Virus record (IMG/VR): IMGVR_UViG_3300036773_000165
Coordinates: 1 to 38,511 of that record
Length of the DNA stretch: 38,511 nucleotides
From: a virus
Lineage: Duplodnaviria; Caudoviricetes
Reading direction: 5' to 3' (one strand)
A model generated the notes under the pieces. That model ran no database searches. It saw only the letters and a program-made list of their open reading frames with translations, and was not told the DNA's origin. The translations under genes and the position numbers were made by a program. The first letter of the stretch is position 1, and each line of letters begins with the position of its first letter. This document shows, piece after piece, positions 16,538-26,053 of this stretch.

Positions 16538-16834
16538 TTAATCGGATGCAACCCAGGATCGGCGGACGTCGGCGAGGACGGCGGTCAGAGTGACGCTGTC
16601 GGGGATGTCGAGTGTCTGGAATTCGTCGAGCATGTTGGGGTCGCTATGGGCGAGGAAGTCCATCCATTCGCAGACGTTGACGTCGGGGGCGCGTTGTGCC
16701 ATGAGTAGGCGGGCGCGGCCTGAGATGGCAACGTCGAGCGATTGCGGATAGAAGTGGGTGAGTCGACCCTTCTTGTAGCTCCACGCGCCGATCGGACCGA
16801 GGTCGTGGTCGATGTGGACCAGTACATGTTGCAT
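16538..16834 (-). CDS. Hypothetical protein (98 aa, MQHVLVHIDH...)
   Basis: ATG 16834 with purine-rich AAGGGG upstream; the alternative TTG at 16879 is less likely. Confidence 0.6.
   Translation of the reverse strand: MQHVLVHIDHDLGPIGAWSYKKGRLTHFYPQSLDVAISGRARLLMAQRAPDVNVCEWMDFLAHSDPNMLDEFQTLDIPDSVTLTAVLADVRRSWVASD
16539..16545 (-). promoter_or_regulatory. Putative late promoter CCGATTA
   Basis: Motif variant overlapping the upstream stop, 25 nt before ATG 16513. Confidence 0.45.
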
Positions 16835-16875
16835 AGGTGCACCGTCCCCCTTTTTTGAGCGCGTGCGGTTCACCG

Positions 16876-17706
16876 TCAAGTGACTATTAGCTCCAACCGG
16901 CAGCGGCAGTTTGGGTGACGTGGTGGACCGAGAAGATTTCGCCAGACCCGCCGGTAGTCCTTCTCATTGGTTGACGCACTGTGATCGAACTCCCCGTTGA
17001 TGCCCACCAGGGCGCCGTCCAGCGCGTCGCACATTCCGCAGGGGTTGTTGCTGGTGACGACCCAGCGTTTCAGTAGTCCGGGTATTCCGGTGTTTTGTTG
17101 GTATTGGTTGAAGATGGCCTGTTCGGCGTCGGTGGCTCCCTGCTGGACGCTGTTGCCGGCGGCGGCTTGGGCGCGCTGGGTTGTGCGGGCTTGGCTGTTT
17201 TCGACGGCCTGTTTGATGGCGACGATCCGGGCAGCGGTGGGGTTGGGTCCTTGGACGCCGTCGAAGGCGCCGGCGATGCCGTTCTGCAGGTCGGTCTGGG
17301 CGTGCCCGAACATCGTGTCCACGTCAGCCACGAGCCGGTCGAGGTTGTCGCCAAGTTCGGGCAGGGCGGTGGGGGCGTCGTCGCCGAGTTCAGCGGCCAG
17401 CTTCGCGAAGGTGGTGTGGGCAGCGGAGGTGTAGCCGCTCTGGATAGCAGCACGGACCTTGTTGTTGGCCACGGCGAGGCTGCTGACGATCGTGTTGTGC
17501 AGCGTGGCCAAGGACAGCAGGGCGATTCCGGTGAGCACAGTGGCGGGGGCGGTTGACGCCGTCGTGACACCAACGGCCCCGATCGTGGTGAAGGCGGAGT
17601 CGACCGTGCCTTGGACCTGTTGCCGGGTCTGGGATTCGAGGGCAATCAGGGCAAGAGCGGTGGCGGCCCCGGCGAGCACGTTGCCGGTCCCGACGGGCTG
17701 GGTCAC
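16876..17706 (-). CDS. MuF-like (SPP1 gp7) minor head protein
   Basis: C-terminal KRW...CGMC..LDG...PPRHPNCRC; directly after the portal. Confidence 0.85.
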   Translation of the reverse strand: MTQPVGTGNVLAGAATALALIALESQTRQQVQGTVDSAFTTIGAVGVTTASTAPATVLTGIALLSLATLHNTIVSSLAVANNKVRAAIQSGYTSAAHTTFAKLAAELGDDAPTALPELGDNLDRLVADVDTMFGHAQTDLQNGIAGAFDGVQGPNPTAARIVAIKQAVENSQARTTQRAQAAAGNSVQQGATDAEQAIFNQYQQNTGIPGLLKRWVVTSNNPCGMCDALDGALVGINGEFDHSASTNEKDYRRVWRNLLGPPRHPNCRCRLELIVT

Positions 17707-19808
17707 GTCGTCTTCTTGCGAGCTACCACAGCAGGGTCTGCTTTCGAGCCAGTCTCTTCCTGCGGGGAAAGACTCTTGTCGACTTTCCAGCCGTACTTCT
17801 CGAATCGAGAGATGTCGAAGACCTGCCGTGGCGTCAGTTTCCCGTTGGCGTCCCGGATGGCGACGGTGCCGTCGCCGTAGTCGATGAGCTGCGCGCCGGG
17901 TTCATTCGGGTTGGTGAATACGCGCTGCGGCCTGGTCGGCTCCTGCGGCTGACCAGCGCCGTCCTTGCCCTGCACGGCGCTGGTGTCGCCTTTGCCGCCG
18001 CCGAGGGTTTGGGTCTTGACGTTCTGGGTGTCGCCCTGGCCGCCACCCTGGGCCTGGCTGCCCGTGCGGGCGACGTTGTGGCGCTGGGCCGGGTTCGGAT
18101 TGTGCGAGTGGTCGCGGCCGTACTTCTCGCCTTTTTGGCCGTGCTTGGCGAGTTTGCGGTCCATGTCGCGGGTGATGGGTGAGCCGACCGGGACGCCGTA
18201 GGTTTTCGCGCCTTCGAGGCTGCGCACGAACTTGGGGCCGCCGGAGTTGGGTCGGCCTCGGGTCAGCTGGGCAACCGCGTCGTCGAGCAGGTCGACGGCC
18301 ATCTGGTTGAGGGTGAGGTTCAGGTCGTCGAAGTTGGTGAGGGTGAACCCGTCGGGAACGTTCTGTGGGCTGATGTTCGCGCCGTGGGCAGGCAGAGTAG
18401 CCGGTGTCCCGCCGGCAACCGGGGCGTCGACGGCGGGCGCGGTGGCAGCGTTCCCCGTCTCAGCGATCTGCTGTTGCTGGGCAGCCAGTTCAGCTTGCCG
18501 CTGCTCTTCTGCCTCACGCTCGGCAACAGCTTCCCAGTCAACTTCAAGGCCGAACTCGTCGGCGACCTGCTTTTCGATCTCCCGATACATTTCGGGAGCC
18601 ACGTTGGAGGCGTCCGGGGCGACCACGGCGAGCGCTTTGAACAGATCGAGCAGAGCACCCTTCTGCTCCTCGGTCATCTGCCCGAAGCGGAACAACGGGT
18701 ATTTCCCGGAGCCGAAGTTCCAGTCGATGAATCGGGGAATGAGCTGAGTGTTGATGACCTCTTCGATCTCACCCATGATCGTCTGGAGCATGAGCAGGAA
18801 CAGCGCGTCCGACTGGCGGCCAAAGTCGATCAGACTGGCGTCGCCGCCGGTGCCTTGGGAGTCGTCGAAGAAGGCGGCCAGGACGCTCTTAGACATCTGG
18901 CTGTTGTGGTGGTTGATGTAGGCGAGGAAGTCGAACGCGCCGGCCTCTTTGAGGGACTCGACCTTGTATCCATCGGGCATCGTCATCCACTGGGCGATGC
19001 CAACGTCGGAGAGTGCTCGCTGGAAAGCTGCTTTCTCTTCCCGGCTGGGGTTCGCGGGAATGGTGCCGAGGCGGGTGCCGACCGCGGCGCGCTGGGCGGC
19101 GATGTGGGACACCACGTACAGCTTGAACTTCGCTTCCCAGTGCTTGTAGGCGGCGTTGAAGTAGCTGATGCCGTAGTACGGGCGTTCCTCGGCATTGACC
19201 GTGTAGTACAGGACGTTCTCGCCGGGGATGATGATGTCCTTGTACTCACCGTGATACATGGTCCGCTGGCGCAGACCCCTGAACTCGCTGTGGTCATCCA
19301 GAAGAAAGGTGAGCTGCTCGGACGGCCGGTGGGCCATCTTCTTCAGCGTCCACTTACCTTTCAGGGCTCCTGATTTGGGCTGCCAGTAGACCATCTCGAA
19401 CGCTTCGAACCCGTCGAAGATGGCCATCACCAGCTGAGCCATGAACCGGCCGAACGGAACCTGCATCCCGCCGCCCGTGACCGGCAGGGTGAACATGTCC
19501 TGGATGAACTGGGCCTCGTCCTCTCCCCCGTCGATACCCTCTTCGGGAACGAAGGTGGCGGTCTTGAGTGCAGCCCTGATGGGCAGCGTGATCAGCCGGT
19601 AGAGGGCGCGGGCCTGCCCGTCGGTGCGGCGCATCACGATCAGGTCGCGTACGCCGACGTCGGACTCGTCGCGTAGGACTTCCCAGGCGTCCTTGTAGGG
19701 GGTCTGCCAGGGCAGGAAGCTGGGGACGCCGACCTCGAATTCGGCCTGTGGTTTGGGCTGCACCCCCTGGGCGGTGGTGCGGCCACCGGAGCGGAAGGGC
19801 GCAGTCAT
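17703..19808 (-). CDS. Portal protein (Mu gp29/DUF935-like) with a long C-terminal extension
   Basis: Follows the terminase; PYYGIS, HHNSQMSKSVLA, INTQLIPRFIDWNFG..YP.F motifs. Confidence 0.88.
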   Translation of the reverse strand: MTAPFRSGGRTTAQGVQPKPQAEFEVGVPSFLPWQTPYKDAWEVLRDESDVGVRDLIVMRRTDGQARALYRLITLPIRAALKTATFVPEEGIDGGEDEAQFIQDMFTLPVTGGGMQVPFGRFMAQLVMAIFDGFEAFEMVYWQPKSGALKGKWTLKKMAHRPSEQLTFLLDDHSEFRGLRQRTMYHGEYKDIIIPGENVLYYTVNAEERPYYGISYFNAAYKHWEAKFKLYVVSHIAAQRAAVGTRLGTIPANPSREEKAAFQRALSDVGIAQWMTMPDGYKVESLKEAGAFDFLAYINHHNSQMSKSVLAAFFDDSQGTGGDASLIDFGRQSDALFLLMLQTIMGEIEEVINTQLIPRFIDWNFGSGKYPLFRFGQMTEEQKGALLDLFKALAVVAPDASNVAPEMYREIEKQVADEFGLEVDWEAVAEREAEEQRQAELAAQQQQIAETGNAATAPAVDAPVAGGTPATLPAHGANISPQNVPDGFTLTNFDDLNLTLNQMAVDLLDDAVAQLTRGRPNSGGPKFVRSLEGAKTYGVPVGSPITRDMDRKLAKHGQKGEKYGRDHSHNPNPAQRHNVARTGSQAQGGGQGDTQNVKTQTLGGGKGDTSAVQGKDGAGQPQEPTRPQRVFTNPNEPGAQLIDYGDGTVAIRDANGKLTPRQVFDISRFEKYGWKVDKSLSPQEETGSKADPAVVARKKTT

Positions 19809-19815
19809 GCCTGTC

Positions 19816-19822
19816 CTATCGG
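19816..19822 (-). promoter_or_regulatory. Putative late promoter CCGATAG (leaderless)
   Basis: Exactly 7 nt before portal ATG 19808. Confidence 0.65.
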
Positions 19823-19824
19823 TG

Positions 19825-21792
19825 TCACCCAGTAGGCAAGGACAGGTCGCTGGTCCAGATCGAGCGGAGGCTGAGCGCGCCGAAGGGCAGCTCAGCGCGT
19901 TCTCCGATGGCGAAGTCGTCGGGCTCGTAGTAGCGGCGCTCGTTCGGGCCTTCCTCCCGTCCGCCGGCCTGGACCGCCGTCATTGCTACGCAGGCAAGAG
20001 CGTCTGCCTCGTCCTTGGAGCCGTCGGCGGGGTGGTCGACGCGGCCGTTGGGCAGCCGGGAAAGCGCCAGCAGTTCCTCCCGGAGCAGGAACGGAAGCTT
20101 GGCTTTGTCGAATCCCTCGGTGAAAGGACGTGGGATTTCAATGCGGCCTTCGTAGATGAGGTCTCGCAGGTTCCGCCAGGGGTCTTCGGACAGGTCCGTG
20201 GAGATCTTCTCGGTTTCGATGCCTTTGGTTTCCAGGATCTGCATTGAGTCCGTGGATTGGAAGCTGTCGAAGGTGAACAGCCGGATGTTGAAGCCACGTC
20301 GGATCAGCTCGAAGCAGAGCTGTCGTGCCCAGCGGATCTGGATCTCGCGGGGCGGTTCGGCGGAGGAATCCGCGGAGTAGGAGATGCAAAAGTCGACTTT
20401 GACGCGGGGCCGGGTTTCCCGGATGACGTAGGGGGCGCCGTCTTCGTCTTCGGTGACAGTTTCGTACTCGTTGTAGTCGACGACGTGGGCCATGGCGATG
20501 CCGGCGCGGTCGCCTTGGACGGCGAGGTCAGCGTGCATGGTGTAGATGGCGCCGCGGACCGGGTAGAAGTCGTTGGAGAAGGTGTAGCTGGGGGTCCAGA
20601 CTCGTCGAGGCGAGTTGTCGGCTTTCTCCATGATGTACCCGACGGTGACGGGCATGACTTCGTAGGTTTTGAAGACGCTGTCGACGGCTTGGACGTTCCG
20701 GAAGTACGGGTTGATGGCGCGGCCCGGCCGGCATTCATATTTCGCGCGGGCCATGATGGGGTCTTCGCGGTAATCCTCGACGAACGCTTCTTTGCCTTTG
20801 ACCCGGGGGTTGACTTCCCAGGTGGCAAGAGGACCGGAAACGTAGTGCCGGGATTTCTGTCCGCGTTCCTCGAAGTCGGCGCGGGCTTCGTCGGTGAGCC
20901 GTTGAATGGTGGAGCCGAGGTATCGCGGGTAGGAGATGCGGACGTTCTTGAATACCTCAGGGAAGCGGGTCGCTGAGGAGGTCCGCATCATGTTGAGGAT
21001 GCCTTCAGCGGACTTGGTGGGTTCCCGGGCGGAGGCTCCCTTGCGGGTGATCATCTCTTTCTTGGACTTGAAGGCGTCGATTTCGTCGGCGATGGCGAGC
21101 AGAAGGTTGAGACCTTCCTGGGTCTCGGCGTCGCTGTGGCCGGAGACCGACTCGATGTTCTTCTTGTAGCTCACCGTGTTTTGCCGTGGTGTGCACTTGT
21201 CGGCGAACCAGCCGCTCTTCACGGCCCGGACAATGGGCATGAAGAATGCCTGCTGGGCCTGCGCGGAGCTGGAGGCGACATTGAGCAGGTGAATGGTGTC
21301 CTGCTCAGGCATGCCGTAGTACACCTGCGGGCTGTTCAAGCACAGCAGGAGATAGGCGATGCGCATGCTGATGATGCGGCAGACGTGGTCTTTGCCGCCG
21401 CCTTTTCCCCATTGGAGGGTGGCGAAGTTGGTCATGCGCAGGGGCGCGGACCAGTACTTCTCTTCACGCCACACGGCACTGGCGGAGGCGATGTGCAGGC
21501 GGCCTTCGCGCTTCCCGGTCTCGAATTCGTCGGCGATCTTGGCGTAGAGATCGGGGTAGTAGATTCGCTCGATGTGCCGGACAGCGTCGTATTGCACCGC
21601 GGACAGTGGTGGATTACCGAGGAACTTCTTGTCCTGCACGAACACAGTGAGTGGGACGGGTTCCTCTTCGAGGATGGTCGACAGGCCAAACTCGGCGACA
21701 GCAGCGTCGAAAATGGGGAGTTCGCCGGCGGCTTTGCGTAGCGCCGCCGCGAAGTCAAAGGGGTCATCATCCCTACGGGGGCGGGCGGGCAT
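19825..21792 (-). CDS. terL: Terminase large subunit
   Basis: Walker A GKGGGKD, Walker B AIADEID, ISYPR coupling motif, nuclease HADLA...D, TFDSFQS, DHPADGSKDEADA. Confidence 0.92.
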   Translation of the reverse strand: MPARPRRDDDPFDFAAALRKAAGELPIFDAAVAEFGLSTILEEEPVPLTVFVQDKKFLGNPPLSAVQYDAVRHIERIYYPDLYAKIADEFETGKREGRLHIASASAVWREEKYWSAPLRMTNFATLQWGKGGGKDHVCRIISMRIAYLLLCLNSPQVYYGMPEQDTIHLLNVASSSAQAQQAFFMPIVRAVKSGWFADKCTPRQNTVSYKKNIESVSGHSDAETQEGLNLLLAIADEIDAFKSKKEMITRKGASAREPTKSAEGILNMMRTSSATRFPEVFKNVRISYPRYLGSTIQRLTDEARADFEERGQKSRHYVSGPLATWEVNPRVKGKEAFVEDYREDPIMARAKYECRPGRAINPYFRNVQAVDSVFKTYEVMPVTVGYIMEKADNSPRRVWTPSYTFSNDFYPVRGAIYTMHADLAVQGDRAGIAMAHVVDYNEYETVTEDEDGAPYVIRETRPRVKVDFCISYSADSSAEPPREIQIRWARQLCFELIRRGFNIRLFTFDSFQSTDSMQILETKGIETEKISTDLSEDPWRNLRDLIYEGRIEIPRPFTEGFDKAKLPFLLREELLALSRLPNGRVDHPADGSKDEADALACVAMTAVQAGGREEGPNERRYYEPDDFAIGERAELPFGALSLRSIWTSDLSLPTG

Positions 21793-24287
21793 TAGAGGGC
21801 CTCAACGACTGCCTGTTGGGCGACGAAGCCGGAGGCAAGTGATCCTGTAACGCTCAGGGTGATGAACCAGGCGCCGGTGGTGGTCACGGCGACGGTGGCG
21901 GGGGCGGCTGTCGCGGACGGCAGTAGTCCGGTGTTGCCGAAACCGAGTCCCTCACATTGCACGCTGCTGGCGGAGCGAACCGTAAGGAGCCCCTCGAAAC
22001 CTGCGCGGTTATTGGCGGAAAGACTGGCGGAGGTGACCGAGGTCCAGGCGACGGTGTCGGATGTGGAGCCGGATGCGCCAGCGTGGACGTGGAAGGTGAA
22101 CGTGCCGGCGGCCGAGCAGTTGCCGAGCAGCTTGAACCGGAACACCTGGCCGACAACCGCGGCTTTGGCGGGGACGCGGGCGGTGAGCAGGCCGGTCAGT
22201 GTGGTGCCGCTGGCGGAGGCCGTGGCAACGAGGTTGGCGATGCTGCCGGTGATGATGTGCCCGAAGTTGTCGTTGATGATCTTCAGGTCGGTGGTGGCGA
22301 CGGAGCCGCTGTCGGAGATGTTGGCTGTGGAGTTGCTGCGGACATCGTTGTTTTTGAGGGCGTAGCCGCCGTAGGTGCCGGCGTTGATGAGCACGCCGAC
22401 GCCGTTGGCGCCGAAGCCTGCGGTGGGGCAGATGGAGTTGTTCGCCAGGTTGAATTTGGTGACGGATCCGGTGGAGGCATTGGTTTCGACTCCAGCGGTG
22501 GTATTGCCGGCGATGCGGCAGTTGGTGACGTTGAAGTCTTGTACGCCGTTGGCGTAAATACCTCGGCCGCTGTTGCCGAAGATGTCGCAGTTGACGAAGT
22601 CGATGGCAGTCGGCAGGGTTGCCGCGGTCGACGCGAATTCGCAGCCGATGACGGAGCCGGAGAACCAGCAGTTGGTGAATTTGACTCGTTGGACGTTGCC
22701 GGTGTTGGTGAATTTGACGCTGGAGGCGCTGCTGGTGTCGAAGAAGACGTTGACGAAGTAGGCGGAGAACACGCCGTTGGGGCTGACCGGGTTGAATCGG
22801 CAGTTGTTGACCGCGCGGATGAAGTCGCTGTTGGAGACCAGCACGCTGCCACATTGGACCAGATCGAGGCCGACCTGCTGGACGCCGAGGGTGCCGTCCA
22901 TGATGACTTTTTCGATGATCGTGTTGGCGTTGGTGCCGTCCAGAACGATGCCCCGGTTCAAGGTCCCGGTGAACTGGCAGTTCGAGACCAGCGCTAGGTT
23001 GCCGGCGTTGACGCCACCGGTGTAGACAATGCCGTCCCACATGCCCGCGAAGTCGCAGTTGGTTACGTTAACGGAAACGTTGTTTCCAGAGTTGATGGCT
23101 GCGCCGGCGGTGCGGGTCACCGAAGCTTGGAACTTCAGACCGTTGAATTCGTTGTACCAGTCGCCGACGGTGAACATGTCGTTGCTTGCGTGGCTGGTCT
23201 GGATGATCGATTTCTGGTTGCTGGAGCCCGTGATCCGTAGGTGCTTTCCCGTGGGAATGGCCAGCGTGTCGGAGAACGTGTACGGACTGGCCGAGGGTGG
23301 GAAGCTGACCGTGGAGTTGTCCGGGATGCTGGCCATCAGCGCGTTCCAGGCGGCTAGATTGGCCGCGCCGGTGTTGCTGGTGGTGATGCCGTACTGGATG
23401 ACGCTGTAGCTACCCGAGCCGGCGCCGAGGTTGTTCAGCTTCGTCTTGTCCGCGGCCGAAAGCAGGCCGTTAACGCTGGTGGTGGCCACATTGACCAGTG
23501 CAGTCAGCGCGGTAGCGTCAGCCAAAGTAAGCAAGCTGCGCCCGTAGCTGGTCGTGCTGAGTGCAGCGATCGCGGTCAGGTCGCTGTCCAACGGCTGGCT
23601 GGCTGCCTGCGCGGCAGTCGCAGCGCCGGCCGCGTCGAACGCGGTCGCGTTCATCGTGGCCGCAGTGCCCAGGCCCGATACGTCGGCAGCCTGAATCGCC
23701 AGGGCCGTCTTGGCCTGCGCGGCCGTCCCGTCGACGGGCTGCCCGGTGCCGGTGCCAGCCGCACGCATCTTGAACGTGGCCTGCGCCATCGCGGCCATCT
23801 TCGCGTTCGTGACCGACGTGTCGGCGATCTTGAGGGTGGTAACGGCGCCGTCGACGATCTTTACCGTCGAAACAGCCAGGTCGGTGAGTTTGGCGCTGGT
23901 AACGGCGAGGTCCGCCAGCTTCGCGGGGATGATTGCCGCGTCCGCGATGTCACCGCTCTGGATGCCGCCGTCAGTTAGATGGGTGGTGTTGATGGACCCG
24001 GCGATGACGTTGGCGGTAATGAATCGGCCGGACGTGTTGTACGTCAGCGCGACGGTGTCGGACGACTGTAGTGCACCACCGACGGCGTCTTGAGCCTTGG
24101 CGTTGGTGAAGTCGCCAGTGTGGTCCTGGACCGGGGTGACCGTGCCCGCCGAATCCTTCTTGTACAGCACCCCGAAGGTAGTGCCGGCGGAACCGTCAGA
24201 AATGAACACCGCGAGATAGCCGACAGCTGGGGTCGGCACGTTCGCCGGCGGAACGGCGCCGAACCACACATTCGACTGAAGCGGCAT
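21792..24287 (-). CDS. Fibre/spike with right-handed parallel beta-helix (putative polysaccharide depolymerase)
   Basis: 831 aa; 10-aa D.AVT..KIA repeats, QPLDSDLTAIAAL linker, Asn/Cys-laddered beta-helix (VTNCDF, VSNCQF, FTNCWF, FVNCDI, VTNCRI), C-terminal beta domain. Confidence 0.8.
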   Translation of the reverse strand: MPLQSNVWFGAVPPANVPTPAVGYLAVFISDGSAGTTFGVLYKKDSAGTVTPVQDHTGDFTNAKAQDAVGGALQSSDTVALTYNTSGRFITANVIAGSINTTHLTDGGIQSGDIADAAIIPAKLADLAVTSAKLTDLAVSTVKIVDGAVTTLKIADTSVTNAKMAAMAQATFKMRAAGTGTGQPVDGTAAQAKTALAIQAADVSGLGTAATMNATAFDAAGAATAAQAASQPLDSDLTAIAALSTTSYGRSLLTLADATALTALVNVATTSVNGLLSAADKTKLNNLGAGSGSYSVIQYGITTSNTGAANLAAWNALMASIPDNSTVSFPPSASPYTFSDTLAIPTGKHLRITGSSNQKSIIQTSHASNDMFTVGDWYNEFNGLKFQASVTRTAGAAINSGNNVSVNVTNCDFAGMWDGIVYTGGVNAGNLALVSNCQFTGTLNRGIVLDGTNANTIIEKVIMDGTLGVQQVGLDLVQCGSVLVSNSDFIRAVNNCRFNPVSPNGVFSAYFVNVFFDTSSASSVKFTNTGNVQRVKFTNCWFSGSVIGCEFASTAATLPTAIDFVNCDIFGNSGRGIYANGVQDFNVTNCRIAGNTTAGVETNASTGSVTKFNLANNSICPTAGFGANGVGVLINAGTYGGYALKNNDVRSNSTANISDSGSVATTDLKIINDNFGHIITGSIANLVATASASGTTLTGLLTARVPAKAAVVGQVFRFKLLGNCSAAGTFTFHVHAGASGSTSDTVAWTSVTSASLSANNRAGFEGLLTVRSASSVQCEGLGFGNTGLLPSATAAPATVAVTTTGAWFITLSVTGSLASGFVAQQAVVEAL

Positions 24288-24490
24288 TACAGCATCACCA
24301 AGGTCCCGTCGAGCACGAGGGTGCCATCCACCCGGATAGGGACAGCACCTACGGCCTGGAAGTCGCCGGAGACCCGCCAGGTCGTGTCCTGTCCGATAAC
24401 TGTCGGGACACGACCGGCGAGCCTTTCATCGTCCTCTAGTACGACTTTCTTGCCGTTGAAATTCGGCCAGGTCCCGAAGCGGAAACCCAT
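24287..24490 (-). CDS. Small virion-associated protein (67 aa)
   Basis: Coupled on both sides (TGATG/TAATG); ends with IRVDGTLVLDGTLVML. Confidence 0.65.
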   Translation of the reverse strand: MGFRFGTWPNFNGKKVVLEDDERLAGRVPTVIGQDTTWRVSGDFQAVGAVPIRVDGTLVLDGTLVML

Positions 24491-25635
24491 CAGCCCACGA
24501 CGAGTGCCCGCAGCGCCCCAGCCGACATCGAAACGTCCGGGTACACGGCGATGGTGTTGGCTCCGGTGGTCGCCCAGTCCAGGTCAAGGACCCGGGAGTC
24601 GTCCGTGGTCTTGAACCACACGCCGACGTCCGAGGTGTTGAGACCGTGGTTGATGGTGTAGGTGACCCCGGCGGTCAGGGCGCCTAGGTTCGCGGCGTAC
24701 TTGGTCAGGGCGCCCAGGTTCGCGCGAGCGGCGACCGGCGTCGCAGCCCCGGTGCCGCCGTTGGCGACCGAGACGGGGGCGTCGAGGCTGAACTCCGTAC
24801 CGCTGATGAGCAGGCCGTTGCCGGCGGTGTAGGTCTGGCCGCCGATCGCGAACACCAGCCACTGCTGGGTCCAGGAGCCGGGGGTGCCGCCGGAGCTGCC
24901 CTCCTGCATGTACTGGTAGTTCGCACTGGTGCCTTCGGCGACGGCGACGAGGGCACCGTCGGGGATGTCGCCGGCGCCGTCGGCGTCGGGCGGCATGGTC
25001 ATCGCGGTCGACGGGCCATTCCACAGCCAGATGCCGTTCTGGGTGCCGTTGTTCTGACCGACCAGCAGGACCCGGTCGCCGACGTTCATGGCGACACCGT
25101 CGATGTTCGCGCCGGGAGCGCTGATGTTGACGTTGCCCTGCGAGACGACCCGGACGGGGTCCTTCACGCTGATGCCGGCGCGGGCGTTGTCGACGTACGC
25201 CTTGTTCGCGGCGTCGCCGGGCGCGACCGGCGCGGCGAGGTTGGTGAACCGGACGCCGTTGACGTCGACGTTGCTGGTTGGCGCGGCGAGCTGGTCGAGC
25301 CGCGAGGTCCGAACCTGGGTGTCGAAGTCGCTGATCGTGTTCGACGGCTGGGTGCCGGTGTGGTTGGCGCGAGCGAGCGGGTCGACGGCCAGCTTGGACA
25401 GCTGAATGTTCGCCGACGGGTTGATCATCGAGTCGGTGATGTAGCCGACCGGGATGCTGGTTCCGTCCGCGGCGACCCACTTGTTGCCGTCCCACCACTT
25501 GACCTTCGCCGGGGTGGTGGACGTGTCGCTCCAGAACTGGGCGACTGCCGGGTCCGCCGGCGCCGTGGCACTGACCTCAACCCGGAACTGGCGAACCGGA
25601 ATGTTGAGGAAGTCCTGAACACTGCCGTAACGCAT
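24490..25635 (-). CDS. Short fibre protein (381 aa), paralog of 10541-12085
   Basis: SD AAGGAG before ATG 25635; RANHTGTQ...ISDF, DAANKAYVD, KDPVRV, GDRVLLVGQ...QNGIW, C-terminal HGLNTSDV domain. Confidence 0.8.
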   Translation of the reverse strand: MRYGSVQDFLNIPVRQFRVEVSATAPADPAVAQFWSDTSTTPAKVKWWDGNKWVAADGTSIPVGYITDSMINPSANIQLSKLAVDPLARANHTGTQPSNTISDFDTQVRTSRLDQLAAPTSNVDVNGVRFTNLAAPVAPGDAANKAYVDNARAGISVKDPVRVVSQGNVNISAPGANIDGVAMNVGDRVLLVGQNNGTQNGIWLWNGPSTAMTMPPDADGAGDIPDGALVAVAEGTSANYQYMQEGSSGGTPGSWTQQWLVFAIGGQTYTAGNGLLISGTEFSLDAPVSVANGGTGAATPVAARANLGALTKYAANLGALTAGVTYTINHGLNTSDVGVWFKTTDDSRVLDLDWATTGANTIAVYPDVSMSAGALRALVVG

Positions 25636-25645
25636 GTACGACTCC

Positions 25646-26053
25646 TTACGCCTTAAGACGGGCAGTGCCAGCGAACGGCACAGCAAAAGTCACGACTACG
25701 GTGTTTCTATCGGGCATAGTCACGTCGCCGCTGATAGGGAATCCGTAAAGGTCGTAGGTGTTCACGACGGGAAACGAATCGAGGTTGTGCACGATCGTCC
25801 ACACCGACTGGGCGGTCGAGAATGTCTGCTCGAATTGCGGAGCCGGCGGTCCTGGGATGCCTTGTGGTCCCTGAATCCCCTGCGGACCGGTTGGGCCACT
25901 TGGTCCAACTGGACCTGTTGGGCCGGTAAGCTCGTCAGTCCGGATTTCCAGGACATCGACGGACGGGGTGAGGGCAAACAGCAAGGAACCATCGTTGCCG
26001 CGGACCTCAAGGATGCCCAGCGACTCGGTGAGGGTGGTGACCTCGGTGGTCAC
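25646..26053 (-). CDS. Small fibre-associated protein with short collagen segment
   Basis: ~8 Gly-X-Y triplets followed by WTIVHNL..FP.V...GTARL domain. Confidence 0.75.
   Translation of the reverse strand: MTTEVTTLTESLGILEVRGNDGSLLFALTPSVDVLEIRTDELTGPTGPVGPSGPTGPQGIQGPQGIPGPPAPQFEQTFSTAQSVWTIVHNLDSFPVVNTYDLYGFPISGDVTMPDRNTVVVTFAVPFAGTARLKA
25707..25713 (-). promoter_or_regulatory. Putative late promoter CCGATAG inside the 3' end of 25646-26053
   Basis: Encoded via the rare AGA codon (CCC GAT AGA), 71 nt upstream of ATG 25635. Confidence 0.55.

Noticed and set aside
16845-16860. Second A_AAA_AAG heptamer
   Set aside because: Probably lies in the untranslated purine-rich RBS region upstream of ATG 16834
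19825-21792. Intein or intron in the 655-aa terminase
   Set aside because: No C/S...HN splice motifs or LAGLIDADG blocks; the frame is continuous
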